Positions 48,513-58,622 are shown, counted from the stretch's first letter. The stretch is 64,000 nt of DNA from an uncultured delta proteobacterium (GCA_963727625.1 CAVSHR010000002.1:320001-384000); one strand, 5' to 3'. The notes: a model not told the origin generated them from the sequence alone. Translations and numbers: made by a program.

Positions 48513-50828
48513 CTATGCGGCGTTTTTTTTCTTGCTCTTCTGGATCGCCCAAAAAACATTCTCGGGCTTGAGCGGAAGGTCGTAAACGCGCACTCCGATG
48601 GCATCTGCTACCGCATTGCCAATCGCCGCCGGTGTCGGCGCGAGGCCGGGCTCGCCCAGGCCTTTTGCGCCGTACGGTCCTTCGGGCTCGGCGCACTCGA
48701 CGATGATCGGAATCATCTTGGGCACGTCGAGCGATGTGACAAGATGGTAATCAAGGAACGACGGATTGCGCACCTTGCCGGTTTTGTCGATGACCATTTC
48801 TTCATGCAATGCGGAGCCGATGCCCATGGCGACGCCGCCTTCGATCTGTGCCACGCAATTGAGCGGGTTGATCGCCTTGCCGACGTCGTGGGCCGCGGAC
48901 ATGCGCAACAAGCGCACTCTGCCACTTTCTTCGTCGACCATGACTTCGGCGGCTTGGGTGGCGTACATATAAAAGGCCGAGGCATGGTCGCTGTGGCCGG
49001 TTTCCAGGTCCAAGTCTTTGCCGATCTCGTAGGTGTAAGAGGCGTCGCCGCGCACGATGCCGTTGATGCCGAGCTTGCGCTTCACGACTTCCCCGATGGG
49101 CAACGCCTGTTGGGGCTGGTCTTTGAGGAAAACTTTGCCGTCGGCGTAATCTAGATCTGGCATTTTCGCTTCGAGCATGGGTCTTGCCGCCTCCATGATC
49201 TGGTGGCGTGCATGAATGGCCGCGCTGCGCACGGCGTTCCCCATGTGATAGGTGCTGCGGCTCGAAGTTGTCGACGCGTCGTAGGGGATCACATCGGTGT
49301 CGAGCTGGTGCATCCGAACTTTTTCCATGGGAACCTTGAGCTCTTCAGCCGCGACTTGCGAGAGAATCGTGTTGCAGCCCTGGCCGATCTCGACGGTTCC
49401 AGCGAACACCGTCACTTCGCCCTGGGCGTTCACGGTGACCCCGGCGTTGGAAGTGGTCGGCGAGCGTGTCGGCTTCTGGATGCAGGCGAAACCTTTGCCG
49501 ATCTTTACACCGGGCTGGGTTTGCTGCCTGGGCTCGCCCCAATCGATCGCCTCGGTGGCCTTGACGAGGGTCTCCTTGAGACCCACCGCATGAAGTCGTT
49601 CACCCCAGTAGGAAACGTCGCCTTCAACGAAAATATTTTTCATGCGAATTGACATGGGGTCCATGCCGAGCCGTTTGGCGAGCTCATCCATTTGCTGTTC
49701 GCCGGCCCAGGCGCCCTGGGGGATGCCGTAGCCGCGGTAAGAACCAGCGACTGGCTTGTTGGTGTAAACCGCATATCCGTCAACTTTGACATGTGGAATT
49801 CGGTACGGGCCGGGCGCAGGCAGACTGCCGCGAATGCAAACCGTCGGGCTCTTTTCGGCGTAGGCGCCGGCACCCCAATAGATGGTCATTTCCCGGGCAA
49901 CTAAAGTGCCGTCTTTCTTAACGCCGGACTTTGAGTAGACGACAGCTTCGTGGCGGGTCAGCGTCGAAATGAAAGTTTCCTCGCGGTTAAATTTCACCCG
50001 CACGGGCCGGCCGTTGGTGTGGAAGGCAAGGGCGACCGCGATGGGTTCGACTTTCAAGCCGCCTTTGGAGCCGAAGCCGCCGCCCTGGGCCGGATTGATG
50101 AAACGGATTTTGTCCTTGGGCATGTTCAACGCTTCGGTGATCTCGTGCAGCGCGCGAAACGGCGCGTCGTTGGCGACCCAGAGAGTCAAGCGACCGCTCT
50201 CTTTATCCCACTGGGCGTGAGCCGAGTGGGGCTCCATGGCTGCGTGTTGAATCATCGGCACGAAATATTTTTCTTCGATCACGAGATCGGATTCCTTAAA
50301 GCCCTGAGCGACATCACCGGTTCGCAGCTTGAAGTGTTCGGCAATGTTGGCGTGGGGCCCGGGTACGATGAAGTCGACTTTGCGGTATTTGTCAAAGTTC
50401 TCGTGAATCGCGATCGCATCCGGCTTGCAAGCTTGTTCCGGGTCGATGTAAACCGGCAAGTCCTCGTATTCGACCTCAATGAGTTTGACCGCGGCTTGGG
50501 CGGTGTCTTCGTCTTCCGCCGCTACCGCCGCCACCGGCTCGCCGATGTAGCGCACTTTCCCTTGGGCGAGAAACGGCTTGTCTTTAATGGATTCGCCGTG
50601 GGTCCACGGTGCATCCGCGCCGGTCACCACCGCGACGACGCCGGGCAACTGTTTGGCTTTCTCGGTGTTGACCTTTTTTATCTTGGCGTGGGCCTTGGTG
50701 CTGAAAAGCGTCTTGCCATAGAGCATATCGGGCAGTACGAGATCATAGCCATAGATGATCTGGCCCGTGACCTTTTCGTTGGCATCGACCCGGGTAACGG
50801 GTTTTCCGACGACTGTGAGTTCCGCCAT
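48513..50828 (-). CDS. Xanthine dehydrogenase-family molybdopterin-binding subunit
   Basis: RVDANEKVTG, QGGGFGSK, SYRGYG, EIGQG, QIEGG, AKGLGE. Confidence 0.93.
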   Translation of the reverse strand: MAELTVVGKPVTRVDANEKVTGQIIYGYDLVLPDMLYGKTLFSTKAHAKIKKVNTEKAKQLPGVVAVVTGADAPWTHGESIKDKPFLAQGKVRYIGEPVAAVAAEDEDTAQAAVKLIEVEYEDLPVYIDPEQACKPDAIAIHENFDKYRKVDFIVPGPHANIAEHFKLRTGDVAQGFKESDLVIEEKYFVPMIQHAAMEPHSAHAQWDKESGRLTLWVANDAPFRALHEITEALNMPKDKIRFINPAQGGGFGSKGGLKVEPIAVALAFHTNGRPVRVKFNREETFISTLTRHEAVVYSKSGVKKDGTLVAREMTIYWGAGAYAEKSPTVCIRGSLPAPGPYRIPHVKVDGYAVYTNKPVAGSYRGYGIPQGAWAGEQQMDELAKRLGMDPMSIRMKNIFVEGDVSYWGERLHAVGLKETLVKATEAIDWGEPRQQTQPGVKIGKGFACIQKPTRSPTTSNAGVTVNAQGEVTVFAGTVEIGQGCNTILSQVAAEELKVPMEKVRMHQLDTDVIPYDASTTSSRSTYHMGNAVRSAAIHARHQIMEAARPMLEAKMPDLDYADGKVFLKDQPQQALPIGEVVKRKLGINGIVRGDASYTYEIGKDLDLETGHSDHASAFYMYATQAAEVMVDEESGRVRLLRMSAAHDVGKAINPLNCVAQIEGGVAMGIGSALHEEMVIDKTGKVRNPSFLDYHLVTSLDVPKMIPIIVECAEPEGPYGAKGLGEPGLAPTPAAIGNAVADAIGVRVYDLPLKPENVFWAIQKSKKKNAA

Positions 50829-50846
50829 ATTCTGTCTCCTAAATAA

Positions 50847-50944
50847 GGTTCAAACCGTTTTATTGGTCTCTGTCTGGCGATTGTTTTCAGCCGCTCGGAA
50901 AATCCGTCGAATTGAACGATTTAAACGGCTTGAACTTATTGAAC
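50847..50944. repeat. Imperfect inverted element with 9-nt TTGAAC units
   Basis: GGTTCAAACCGTT ... TTGAACGAT TTAAACGGC TTGAACTTA TTGAAC. Confidence 0.45.
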
Positions 50945-51418
50945 ATTCTTATTCCGAATCATCGCCGCCGCGTCCTGAACCGCCTGGACGATCTTCGCGT
51001 AACCGGTGCAGCGGCACAGGTTTCCCGAGAGCGCGTATCGTATGTCTTCTTCAGTGGGGTTGTGATTGTCATCGAGCAGCGCCTTGGACATCATCAGCAT
51101 CCCCGGCGTGCAGTAGCCGCACTGAGCGCCGCCGTCTTGGATGAAGGCTTTCTGAATTGGATGCAGCTCGGGGCCGATCTTCAGTCCTTCAATAGTCACG
51201 ATGTCCGCACCGTCGAGCTCGCCGGAGAGAATCAGACAGGAATTGACCGGTTTGCCATTGAGAAAAACCGTGCAAGCGCCGCAATCGCCGGTGCCGCAGC
51301 CCTCCTTGGTTCCGGTGATGCCGATCTCATCGCGCAACAGGTCTAGCAGAAGCCGATGGTTCGGAACTTCTCGGCTCTCTCGCGTGCCGTTCAATGTGAA
51401 TTGGATTTGTTTCTTCAT
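50936..51418 (-). CDS. XDH-family [2Fe-2S] subunit (CoxS-like)
   Basis: GCGTGDCGACTV, QCGYCTPG, GNLCRCTGY. Confidence 0.95.
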   Translation of the reverse strand: MKKQIQFTLNGTRESREVPNHRLLLDLLRDEIGITGTKEGCGTGDCGACTVFLNGKPVNSCLILSGELDGADIVTIEGLKIGPELHPIQKAFIQDGGAQCGYCTPGMLMMSKALLDDNHNPTEEDIRYALSGNLCRCTGYAKIVQAVQDAAAMIRNKNVQ

Positions 51419-51436
51419 ACTAACCTCGAATCGAAT

Positions 51437-51514
51437 TGGAGCAATGGAGTGCTGGAGTATTGGGTCGGGATTCCGAAACCCATTACTCCATCATTCCAAC
51501 TCTCCATCACTCCA
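51437..51514. repeat. Inverted element of tandem 8-nt TGGAGTNN / NNACTCCA units
   Basis: TGGAGCAA TGGAGTGC TGGAGTAT TGGGT ... ACCCA TTACTCCA TCATTCCA ACTCTCCA TCACTCCA. Confidence 0.75.
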
Positions 51515-51518
51515 GTCT

Positions 51519-52427
51519 TTAATACCTTCTGTCGCGCCGATCGACCCACGAATTTGCCGGACCGACGGCGGCGTTGAGCAGGGCACGCTTGGTCATTACG
51601 CCCACCATAGCGCGGCGATAATCCGCCGAGGAGCGCACATCGCTGATCGGTTTGCTTTCCCGCGCCGCTTCGTCGCCGACTTTCGCGGCAATCTCTTCGG
51701 TCAAGATTTGGTTTTCGAGCAGAGCTTCAGAATTTTTCGCGCGGAGCGGGGTTGGCGCCACCGCGCCGAGGACGATCCGGACACCGCTACACTTCTTATC
51801 GCTGCCGAGATTATAAGCGACGGCGACCCCGATATAGGCGAGGTCCATCATATCGCGGGGCGAAAATTTAATGTATTCGCCGACCAGCTGAGGGCTGGTC
51901 TTTGGGATGGTGATCTCGGTCAAAATTTCATCCGGGTTCATGATGTTTTGACCCGGGCCACCAAAGAACTCTTCCATCGGCACCGTCCGTTCACTGCCGG
52001 CGCTGGCAATCTTCGCCGTCGCATTGAGCGCGATTAGGCTCGGCGCCACGTCGGCGGAGGGCGTGGCGTTGGCCATGTTGCCGCCGACGGTGGCGCGGTT
52101 TCTGATCTGGATCGATCCGACTTCGGCTGCGCTCTGGGCCAGAAAGGGATATTTTTTTTTGATCACCGGCGAAGTCTCGATGGAGTACATGGTGGTGAGC
52201 GCGCCGATGGTGATGCTGCCGTCGCCGTTCTCGCGCACACCGTCGAGGCCGGGCACGCGCTTGAGATCGACAATATATTTCGGCAGCAACCCTTTTTCCT
52301 TCATCGCGATGACCAGGTCGGTGCCGCCTGCGAGAAAACGGCCGCCGGGTCCTTTGTCTTTGAGTAGCCGGCTCGCCTCCGCTAGGGTTGTCGGCTGATA
52401 AAATTCGAATGGTTCAGTGCGTTTCAT
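51519..52427 (-). CDS. XDH-family FAD-binding subunit (CoxM-like)
   Basis: LAGGTDL, QIRNRATVGGN, SDVRSSADYR. Confidence 0.95.
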   Translation of the reverse strand: MKRTEPFEFYQPTTLAEASRLLKDKGPGGRFLAGGTDLVIAMKEKGLLPKYIVDLKRVPGLDGVRENGDGSITIGALTTMYSIETSPVIKKKYPFLAQSAAEVGSIQIRNRATVGGNMANATPSADVAPSLIALNATAKIASAGSERTVPMEEFFGGPGQNIMNPDEILTEITIPKTSPQLVGEYIKFSPRDMMDLAYIGVAVAYNLGSDKKCSGVRIVLGAVAPTPLRAKNSEALLENQILTEEIAAKVGDEAARESKPISDVRSSADYRRAMVGVMTKRALLNAAVGPANSWVDRRDRRY

Positions 52428-52433
52428 AAGAAA

Positions 52434-52497
52434 AGTGCTGAGGACGGAGTGCTGAGGAATGAGTAGAACCAGCCCTCAGCACTCATCACTCAGTCCT
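52434..52497. repeat. Inverted element of tandem 7-nt AGTGCTG/AGGACTG-like units
   Basis: AGTGCTG AGGACGG AGTGCTG AGGAATG AGT ... CTCAGCACTCATCACTCAGTCCT. Confidence 0.75.
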
Positions 52498-53867
52498 TAA
52501 ATCAAGGGTTTGAGGGCTTTGCCGATGGCCTTGCCGCAGGGTTCGCCGTCTCTCATCTGCACATGGCCACGCACGACGGTGAGCACCGGCATTCCTTTGA
52601 CTTTCCAGCCATGCCACGGCGACGGCTTGTTTTTGCTGTGCAGTTTGTTGACGTCGATGGTGCCTTCCTTGTCCATGTCGACGACCGTGATGTCGCCGTC
52701 TGAGCCGAGGCGGATTGCCCCTTTCCTTGGGTACACTTGCCAAACTTTGGCCGGGTTCTCGGAAGCAACCTTTACATACTGATTAAGCGTCAAGCGGCCC
52801 TTGTTGACTTCGGTCAAGATCAGCGGCACGCCGGTTTCCACGCCGCAGAAACCTGAAATGCAATCCCAGATCGCCGGCTTGGTGAGCTTGCCGTAAATGT
52901 CCGATCCTTTCTCCTCCAAAGTGTGCGGCGAGTGGTCGGTGGCGATGGAGTCGACGAATCCTTCGCGCAGACCCTGCCAGAGCACTTCGGCGTGGTCCTG
53001 GGTGCGCACCGGCGGGTTCATCTTGAGCAACGAGCCGACCTTGTCCATGTCGTTCGGTTCGCGGAGCAGATAGTGCGGGCCGGTCTCGGCGGTGATTCTC
53101 AAGCCGCGCGCCTTGGCGTCGCGGACCATGTACGCAGCCTGCTTCGAGCTCATATGAAAGACGTGCAACTTGGTGCCGAAGGTCTCGGCGAAGAAGATCG
53201 CGTGGTGCACCGATTCCGCCTCGCAGATGTCAGGCCGGGAAGCTTCCCAGTAGCGCGCGTCGTTCTTGCCTTCGGTTTTTAGCTTGTTGGTGCAGTAGGC
53301 CATGATCTGGCGGTTCTCGGCGTGAATACCGAGCGGCAGCTTGGACTGAGCGATGTAGTCGAACGCTTCCATGCACATGCCATCGTCCGGGAAGGGCAGG
53401 TTGCCGATGGTTTCGCCGAAAAAGATTTTGTAGCCGATGACGCCGGCGGCGGCCATCGGGAGAATATCTTTGGTATTCGTCTGCACGACGACGCCGGTGA
53501 TGCCGAAGTCGACGAGCGATTTGGCTTCGCCGAGTTCTTTCTTCACTTTGACCTGTTCTGCGTCGGCGGTCGGCGGCACCGTGTTCGGCATGTCGACGAC
53601 GGTGGTGATGCCGCCGCACACCGCGGCCGTAGATCCGGAATTGAAATCTTCTTTGTGAGTCATGCCCGGCTCTCTAAAATGAACGTGACCATCGAAGAGT
53701 CCCGGCAAGATATGCTTGCCTTTGACATCGATTTCCTCTTTGCCTTGAGGCAATGAGTCGTCCGTGCCGATCGCCACGATCTTTTCGCCGCTGACGGCGA
53801 CGCCGCCTTTAAAGGTCGCGTCGGGGGTGACCACCCAACCGTTTTTTATTATTAAATCTGCTGCCAT
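52497..53867 (-). CDS. Cyclic amidohydrolase (dihydroorotase/allantoinase family)
   Basis: DGHVHFREPG, DMPNT, HAEN, HVFHMS, KMNPP, ATDHSPH. Confidence 0.9.
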   Translation of the reverse strand: MAADLIIKNGWVVTPDATFKGGVAVSGEKIVAIGTDDSLPQGKEEIDVKGKHILPGLFDGHVHFREPGMTHKEDFNSGSTAAVCGGITTVVDMPNTVPPTADAEQVKVKKELGEAKSLVDFGITGVVVQTNTKDILPMAAAGVIGYKIFFGETIGNLPFPDDGMCMEAFDYIAQSKLPLGIHAENRQIMAYCTNKLKTEGKNDARYWEASRPDICEAESVHHAIFFAETFGTKLHVFHMSSKQAAYMVRDAKARGLRITAETGPHYLLREPNDMDKVGSLLKMNPPVRTQDHAEVLWQGLREGFVDSIATDHSPHTLEEKGSDIYGKLTKPAIWDCISGFCGVETGVPLILTEVNKGRLTLNQYVKVASENPAKVWQVYPRKGAIRLGSDGDITVVDMDKEGTIDVNKLHSKNKPSPWHGWKVKGMPVLTVVRGHVQMRDGEPCGKAIGKALKPLI

Positions 53868-53897
53868 TTTGCTTCCTTTCTACTGTGATTTGATTTT

Positions 53898-54620
53898 CTA
53901 AATGTCGCTCGCTACGGCTTTGAGCCCGCGAATCGCCTGGCGGTGTTCAAGGTCGGCCATGACGTTTTTCTTGCCTGCTTGAATGTGGCCGCGCAAGACG
54001 GCGACGGCCTCCGCCGTGTCGCGCCGCTCCATGGCGTCGAGCAGCCGCAGGTGTTCCTGGTGCGCGGCGACGCCGCGCGCCTGATCGTACAGTCCGTCGG
54101 TTCTGCGCTTGAGCACGATGCGCTCGAAGACATGGCTCAGGGTGTTTTGCAAAATTTCGTTGCCGGTCAACTTGGCGATCTCAAGATGCACGTCCTGATC
54201 ATAAACTAGCCGCTCGCGGGTGAAGCGATTTTGCACGTCCTGGCCGTAAGCGTTCATCTTACCGCGCAGCTGGTAGAGCGCGGCGTCGGTGATCGTGGCG
54301 ACGGCTTTTTCCACCGCGAAAGCTTCCAACGCTTCACGCAGCTCATAGAGCTCTTCCGCCTCTTGCATTCTAATTTCTTTGCAGGTAAAACCGCGGTTCG
54401 GCAGGAAAGAGACATATCCTTCCTGGACAAGCCGAGTCAGTGCTTCGCGTACTGGAGTGCGACTAACGCCGAGACGTTCACTGAGCTGTTGGTGATGCAG
54501 TTTTTGTCCCGGCAGGATCTCGTTGCACAGAATCAAATTTTTAATTTGGTTGTAAACGCGAGCTGAAAGGTTTTCGACAGCGCGCGGTTTGTTTTTGCTT
54601 CTCTTGAGGGGGTAAGGCAT
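53898..54620 (-). CDS. GntR-family (FadR/FCD) transcriptional regulator
   Basis: LSERLGVSRTPVREAL HTH, FCD motif EHLRLLDAM..RD. ATG 54620 preferred as start. Confidence 0.92.
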   Translation of the reverse strand: MPYPLKRSKNKPRAVENLSARVYNQIKNLILCNEILPGQKLHHQQLSERLGVSRTPVREALTRLVQEGYVSFLPNRGFTCKEIRMQEAEELYELREALEAFAVEKAVATITDAALYQLRGKMNAYGQDVQNRFTRERLVYDQDVHLEIAKLTGNEILQNTLSHVFERIVLKRRTDGLYDQARGVAAHQEHLRLLDAMERRDTAEAVAVLRGHIQAGKKNVMADLEHRQAIRGLKAVASDI

Positions 54621-54629
54621 GAATGAAAT

Positions 54630-54690
54630 TTTTGTATGCAAAAGTTTATGCAACGCCGCAAAAACTATCTGATCCGGTGATCCTTGTCAA
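54630..54690 (-). promoter_or_regulatory. Sigma70 promoter and probable GntR operator
   Basis: TTGACA-N17-TAGTTT (54690-54662), with near-palindrome TTTTGTATGCAAAA at 54630-54643 and a second TATGCAA at 54647. Confidence 0.65.
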
Positions 54691-54714
54691 CGAAGAGAAT
54701 TTTGTGCTTGAAAA

Positions 54715-54730
54715 ATCATTTTAAAATGAT
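54715..54730. promoter_or_regulatory. Perfect 16-bp palindrome, candidate operator for the ABC-ubiD operon
   Basis: ATCATTTTAAAATGAT. Confidence 0.5.
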
Positions 54731-54836
54731 AAGGAAGCTTGCGGCTGTCGCGATTTGCGCGATGATCGGCAAGGGGCTGCGCGGTCATTTACCTGGCGTG
54801 AATCCGCCGATTAACATATTTTTTTGAGGAGGCATT

Positions 54837-55652
54837 GTGGCACAGACCAAGTTACAGGCGATTGGATTGCGGCACGAGTACTACCAACCGAGAACGGGTG
54901 GCAGACTCTTGGCCTTGGACAACATCAATCTGCAGGTTGAAGACGGCGAGTTCGTGACCATCGTCGGTCCCAGCGGATGCGGCAAGACCACCTTTATTAA
55001 CCTCTGCGACGGATTGCTCAAGCCAACCGCCGGAAAAATCATCATCGACGGAAAACCGGTTACCGGACCGGGCATCGACCGCGGCATGGTGTTTCAGGAT
55101 TCCTGCCTGATGCCCTGGCGCACGGTGCTCAAAAACGTCATATTCGGCTTGGAATGCCAAGGCATGGATAACGGCGAAGGCCAGGAGCGCGCTCGCGGGT
55201 TTATCAAGCTGGTCGGATTGCAGGGTTTCGAAGATCATTATCCGCACGAGCTTTCCGGAGGCATGCAGCAGCGCTGTAACTTGGCGCGCGCTCTCACCGT
55301 CGATCCCCAGATTCTCATTATGGACGAGCCATTCGCCGCCCTCGACGCTCAGACCCGGGAAATCATGCAAGCGGAATTGCTGCGCATTTGGCGAGAGGCG
55401 GGCAAGACTGTGCTCTTCATCACCCATCAGATCAACGAAGCAATTTACCTTGCCGACCGCGTCATCGTGTTCGGCTCGCGCCCCGGAAATGTGAAAGAGA
55501 CGATCAAGATCAACCTGGCGCGGCCGCGCGATCTGTCGATCAAACGCGATCCGAAATTTCTCGAATACGAAGACAGACTTTGGAACTTGATCGAGGAAGA
55601 GGTCAAGAAGACCATGGTCCAAGATCAGGTCGTGCACAACATCAATAACTGA
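54837..55652 (+). CDS. ABC ATPase, NitT/TauT type
   Basis: GPSGCGKT, LSGGMQQR, MDEPFAALDAQTR, SRPG. Confidence 0.93.
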   Translation: MAQTKLQAIGLRHEYYQPRTGGRLLALDNINLQVEDGEFVTIVGPSGCGKTTFINLCDGLLKPTAGKIIIDGKPVTGPGIDRGMVFQDSCLMPWRTVLKNVIFGLECQGMDNGEGQERARGFIKLVGLQGFEDHYPHELSGGMQQRCNLARALTVDPQILIMDEPFAALDAQTREIMQAELLRIWREAGKTVLFITHQINEAIYLADRVIVFGSRPGNVKETIKINLARPRDLSIKRDPKFLEYEDRLWNLIEEEVKKTMVQDQVVHNINN

Positions 55653-55673
55653 GAGGTTTAGACAGGGTTTTAC

Positions 55674-57368
55674 ATGGGAAGTCGTTTCAATTCCCAATCC
55701 CTGATTTTATTCGGCTGCACCGCTTTCGTCCTCTACCTCGCTGGGGTACCGCTCCTGATGTTGCTCTACGGCAGCTTGAGGAGCGCGCCCATCGGCGAGC
55801 CGGGAGCGACGTACACGATTCAGAATTACATCAAGGCGTATTTCGATAAGGAATTCTATTTACTTCTCTTAAATTCCGTCTACTACGCGCTCGGTACCTG
55901 CACGCTCACTTTTCTGATCGGTACCTTTCTCGCTTGGGTAAGCGAACGGACGAACACACCGTTGAAGAAGCTGTTCGTGGTTATGTCGCTGATCCCGTTT
56001 ATTATCCCCGGCATCTTGAGCACGATTTCGTGGATTCTTCTGCTCAGCCCGAAGATCGGTCTGATCAACATCGCGGTCAAGGATGTTCTTGGTCTGGAGT
56101 CGGCGCCGTTCAACGTTTATTCGATGTGGGGCATGATTTGGGCCGAATCGATTCATCTGTATCCTCTGGTGTTTCTGTTGATGTCCGCGGCTTTTCGCAA
56201 CATGGATACCTCACTGGAGGAGGCCGCGCTCACCGCCGGATCAAGCACCTTCCAAACTTTTTACCGGGTGACCCTGCCGCTCATGCGCCCGGCCATGTTC
56301 AGCGTGCTTTTAATCAACTTCATCCGCGGCATCGAGGCGTTCGAGGTGCCGGCGCTGATCGGCGTGCCGGCGAAGATTTCAGTCTTCACCACCAAAATTT
56401 TTCTCGCGATTCACCAATTCCCATCCGATTTTGGTTTAGCCGGCGCCTACGCGGTGACCCTATTGGCGATTAGCACGGTCGGCGTGCTCATCTACGGTCG
56501 GATCACCCGCGGCGAAGAACGCTACGCGACCGTGACCGGCAAGGGCTACCGGCCGCGGGTGATCGATCTCGGCCCCTGGAAATACGCCACGCTGGGAATT
56601 TCGTTTTTGATATTTTTTCTGGCGGTCGTTATGCCGGTTTTCGTTTTGCTCTGGTCGTCCTTTATTCCTTACTACGGCGTTCCGTCGCGCGAGCTGATGG
56701 CGAAGATGACCTGGGGAAACTATCAATACATTCTTAATTACCCTCTTGCATTAACCGCATTTAAGAATAGTTTTTATTTGTCGGTTGGCTCGGCGACCCT
56801 GGTTATGCTGCTCACATCGGTGATCGCTTGGATCACCGTTAAGACTAAACTGCCGGGAAGAGCCTTGTTGGACAATATGACATTCATCCCCATCGCCATG
56901 CCGGGCATCGTGTTGGGGGTGAGCTTGATTTGGGTTTATTTGACGCTGCCGATTCCCATCTATGGAACAATTTGGGTCTTGCTGCTTGCATATATAACCA
57001 AGTTTATGCCGTATGGGATCCGCGCCGCTTCGGCGTCGATGATTCAAATCAACAAGGAATTGGAAGAGGCTTCTTTGACGGCCGGGGGCACCTGGTTTCA
57101 GACTTTTAGAAAGGTCCTATTGCCGTTGTTGATGCCCGGATTCACCGCAGGGTGGATCTATATCAGCATCATCGCCTTGAGAGAGTTGTCGACGTCGATT
57201 TTGCTTTATTCTTACAACAGCACGGTGCTGTCGATCATGGCATTCGACCTCTGGGAGGGCGGCCAATACACTTACGTGTGTGCTCTCGGCGTGTTGATGG
57301 TGCTCTTGCTCGTCGCCATGGCGTTCACTGCGCGGAAACTCGGCGCAAAAATCGGTATCGCAGAATAA
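55674..57368 (+). CDS. ABC permease, Fe3+/FbpB-like (two fused domains)
   Basis: Two EAA loops (SLEEAALTAG, ELEEASLTAG) and YATVTGKG. Confidence 0.92.
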   Translation: MGSRFNSQSLILFGCTAFVLYLAGVPLLMLLYGSLRSAPIGEPGATYTIQNYIKAYFDKEFYLLLLNSVYYALGTCTLTFLIGTFLAWVSERTNTPLKKLFVVMSLIPFIIPGILSTISWILLLSPKIGLINIAVKDVLGLESAPFNVYSMWGMIWAESIHLYPLVFLLMSAAFRNMDTSLEEAALTAGSSTFQTFYRVTLPLMRPAMFSVLLINFIRGIEAFEVPALIGVPAKISVFTTKIFLAIHQFPSDFGLAGAYAVTLLAISTVGVLIYGRITRGEERYATVTGKGYRPRVIDLGPWKYATLGISFLIFFLAVVMPVFVLLWSSFIPYYGVPSRELMAKMTWGNYQYILNYPLALTAFKNSFYLSVGSATLVMLLTSVIAWITVKTKLPGRALLDNMTFIPIAMPGIVLGVSLIWVYLTLPIPIYGTIWVLLLAYITKFMPYGIRAASASMIQINKELEEASLTAGGTWFQTFRKVLLPLLMPGFTAGWIYISIIALRELSTSILLYSYNSTVLSIMAFDLWEGGQYTYVCALGVLMVLLLVAMAFTARKLGAKIGIAE

Positions 57369-57435
57369 TCTTGCGAGTTAAGGCTTGACGGGTCGGTGTC
57401 GCGCGATCTGCGGCAGCGGGCCGGTGGGAGGAGAC

Positions 57436-58584
57436 ATGGCAGAAAAAAAAGACATGGTGGAAATCGAATCGCTGGAGAAGTACTTCGGCGAGGACAAAGA
57501 GCGCGTCCATGTGCTCAAAGGCGTGACGCTCAATATTCCCGAGGGCTCTCTTTACACATTTCTCGGCCCGAGCGGTTGCGGCAAGACCACGACGCTACGT
57601 TGCGTGGCCGGTTTGGAAAGGCCGGACGGCGGCAAGATCAGCATCGGCGGTCATACGGTGTACGCGTCCGGTGAAAGAGTTTACGTTCCAACCAATAAGC
57701 GCCCCATCGGCATGGTGTTTCAGTCCTACGCGATCTGGCCGCATATGACCGTGGCCGAAAACGTTGCTTATCCTCTGACAATTCAGCGCAAGTCCAAGGA
57801 CGAGATCAAGCGGAGGGTGGGCGAAGTCCTAAAAATCGTCGGTCTCGACGGCCTGGAAGACCGTCCGGCGCCGAAGCTCTCCGGCGGCCAGCAGCAGCGT
57901 GTCGCTTTCGCCCGCGCCTTGATCAACGAGCCAAAGGTTATGCTCCTCGACGAGCCCCTGAGTAACCTGGATGCCAAACTGCGGGTGCAGATGCGCTCGG
58001 AGATCAAAGCGCTGCAGCGCAGGACCAGTATAACGACTATCTTCGTCACCCACGATCAGGCCGAAGCCTTGGCCATCTCCGACCAGATCGCAGTGATGCA
58101 TGGCGGTGTGCTGATTGAAGTCGGCGCCCCGCATCAGCTTTACTCCCGACCGACCCGCCGCTTCACCGCGACATTCTTGGGTTTAACCAACCTGATCGAC
58201 GGCAAAATCGTCGAGCTCAGCGGCAACGGCCAGCCGGGAAAAATCCAAACCAAAAAAGGCCTGCTATCATTCATCCCGGCGCCGGGCCTGAAGAAGGACC
58301 AGGCGGCGGTGCTATCGATCCGGCCGGAAAATATTCCGCTTTTCAAAGAGCAGCCGCAAGGGCTGGAAAACGTGCTGGAAGGAAAAGTGACCGAAGCGAT
58401 ATTCATGGGCGACGCCTATCAATGTAAGGTCGCCGTCGGCGATGATATACTGGCGGTGCACACCCATCCTTTCAACGCCGTGAGCCCCGGGGATAAAGTT
58501 TACCTCCAGCTCGATCCGGCTAGCTGCAACGGACTTCCCGCGGATGATAGGGAAGGTGTTGATGAATCGATGTTGGGGGACTAG
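57436..58584 (+). CDS. ABC ATPase, PotA/FbpC type with TOBE domain
   Basis: GPSGCGKTT, MVFQSYAIWPHM, LSGGQQQR, DEPLSNLDAKLR. ATG 57436 follows GGAGG. Confidence 0.93.
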   Translation: MAEKKDMVEIESLEKYFGEDKERVHVLKGVTLNIPEGSLYTFLGPSGCGKTTTLRCVAGLERPDGGKISIGGHTVYASGERVYVPTNKRPIGMVFQSYAIWPHMTVAENVAYPLTIQRKSKDEIKRRVGEVLKIVGLDGLEDRPAPKLSGGQQQRVAFARALINEPKVMLLDEPLSNLDAKLRVQMRSEIKALQRRTSITTIFVTHDQAEALAISDQIAVMHGGVLIEVGAPHQLYSRPTRRFTATFLGLTNLIDGKIVELSGNGQPGKIQTKKGLLSFIPAPGLKKDQAAVLSIRPENIPLFKEQPQGLENVLEGKVTEAIFMGDAYQCKVAVGDDILAVHTHPFNAVSPGDKVYLQLDPASCNGLPADDREGVDESMLGD

Positions 58585-58622
58585 AATGCCCCCAAGCCGA
58601 GATTGAAAGGAGACTTATTGAA

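Noticed and set aside
48513-52427. Aerobic CO dehydrogenase coxLMS
   Set aside because: The active-site loop is SYRGYG, not AYxCSFR.
50847-52497. CRISPR array
   Set aside because: Units are 7-9 nt without unique spacers, and there are no cas genes.
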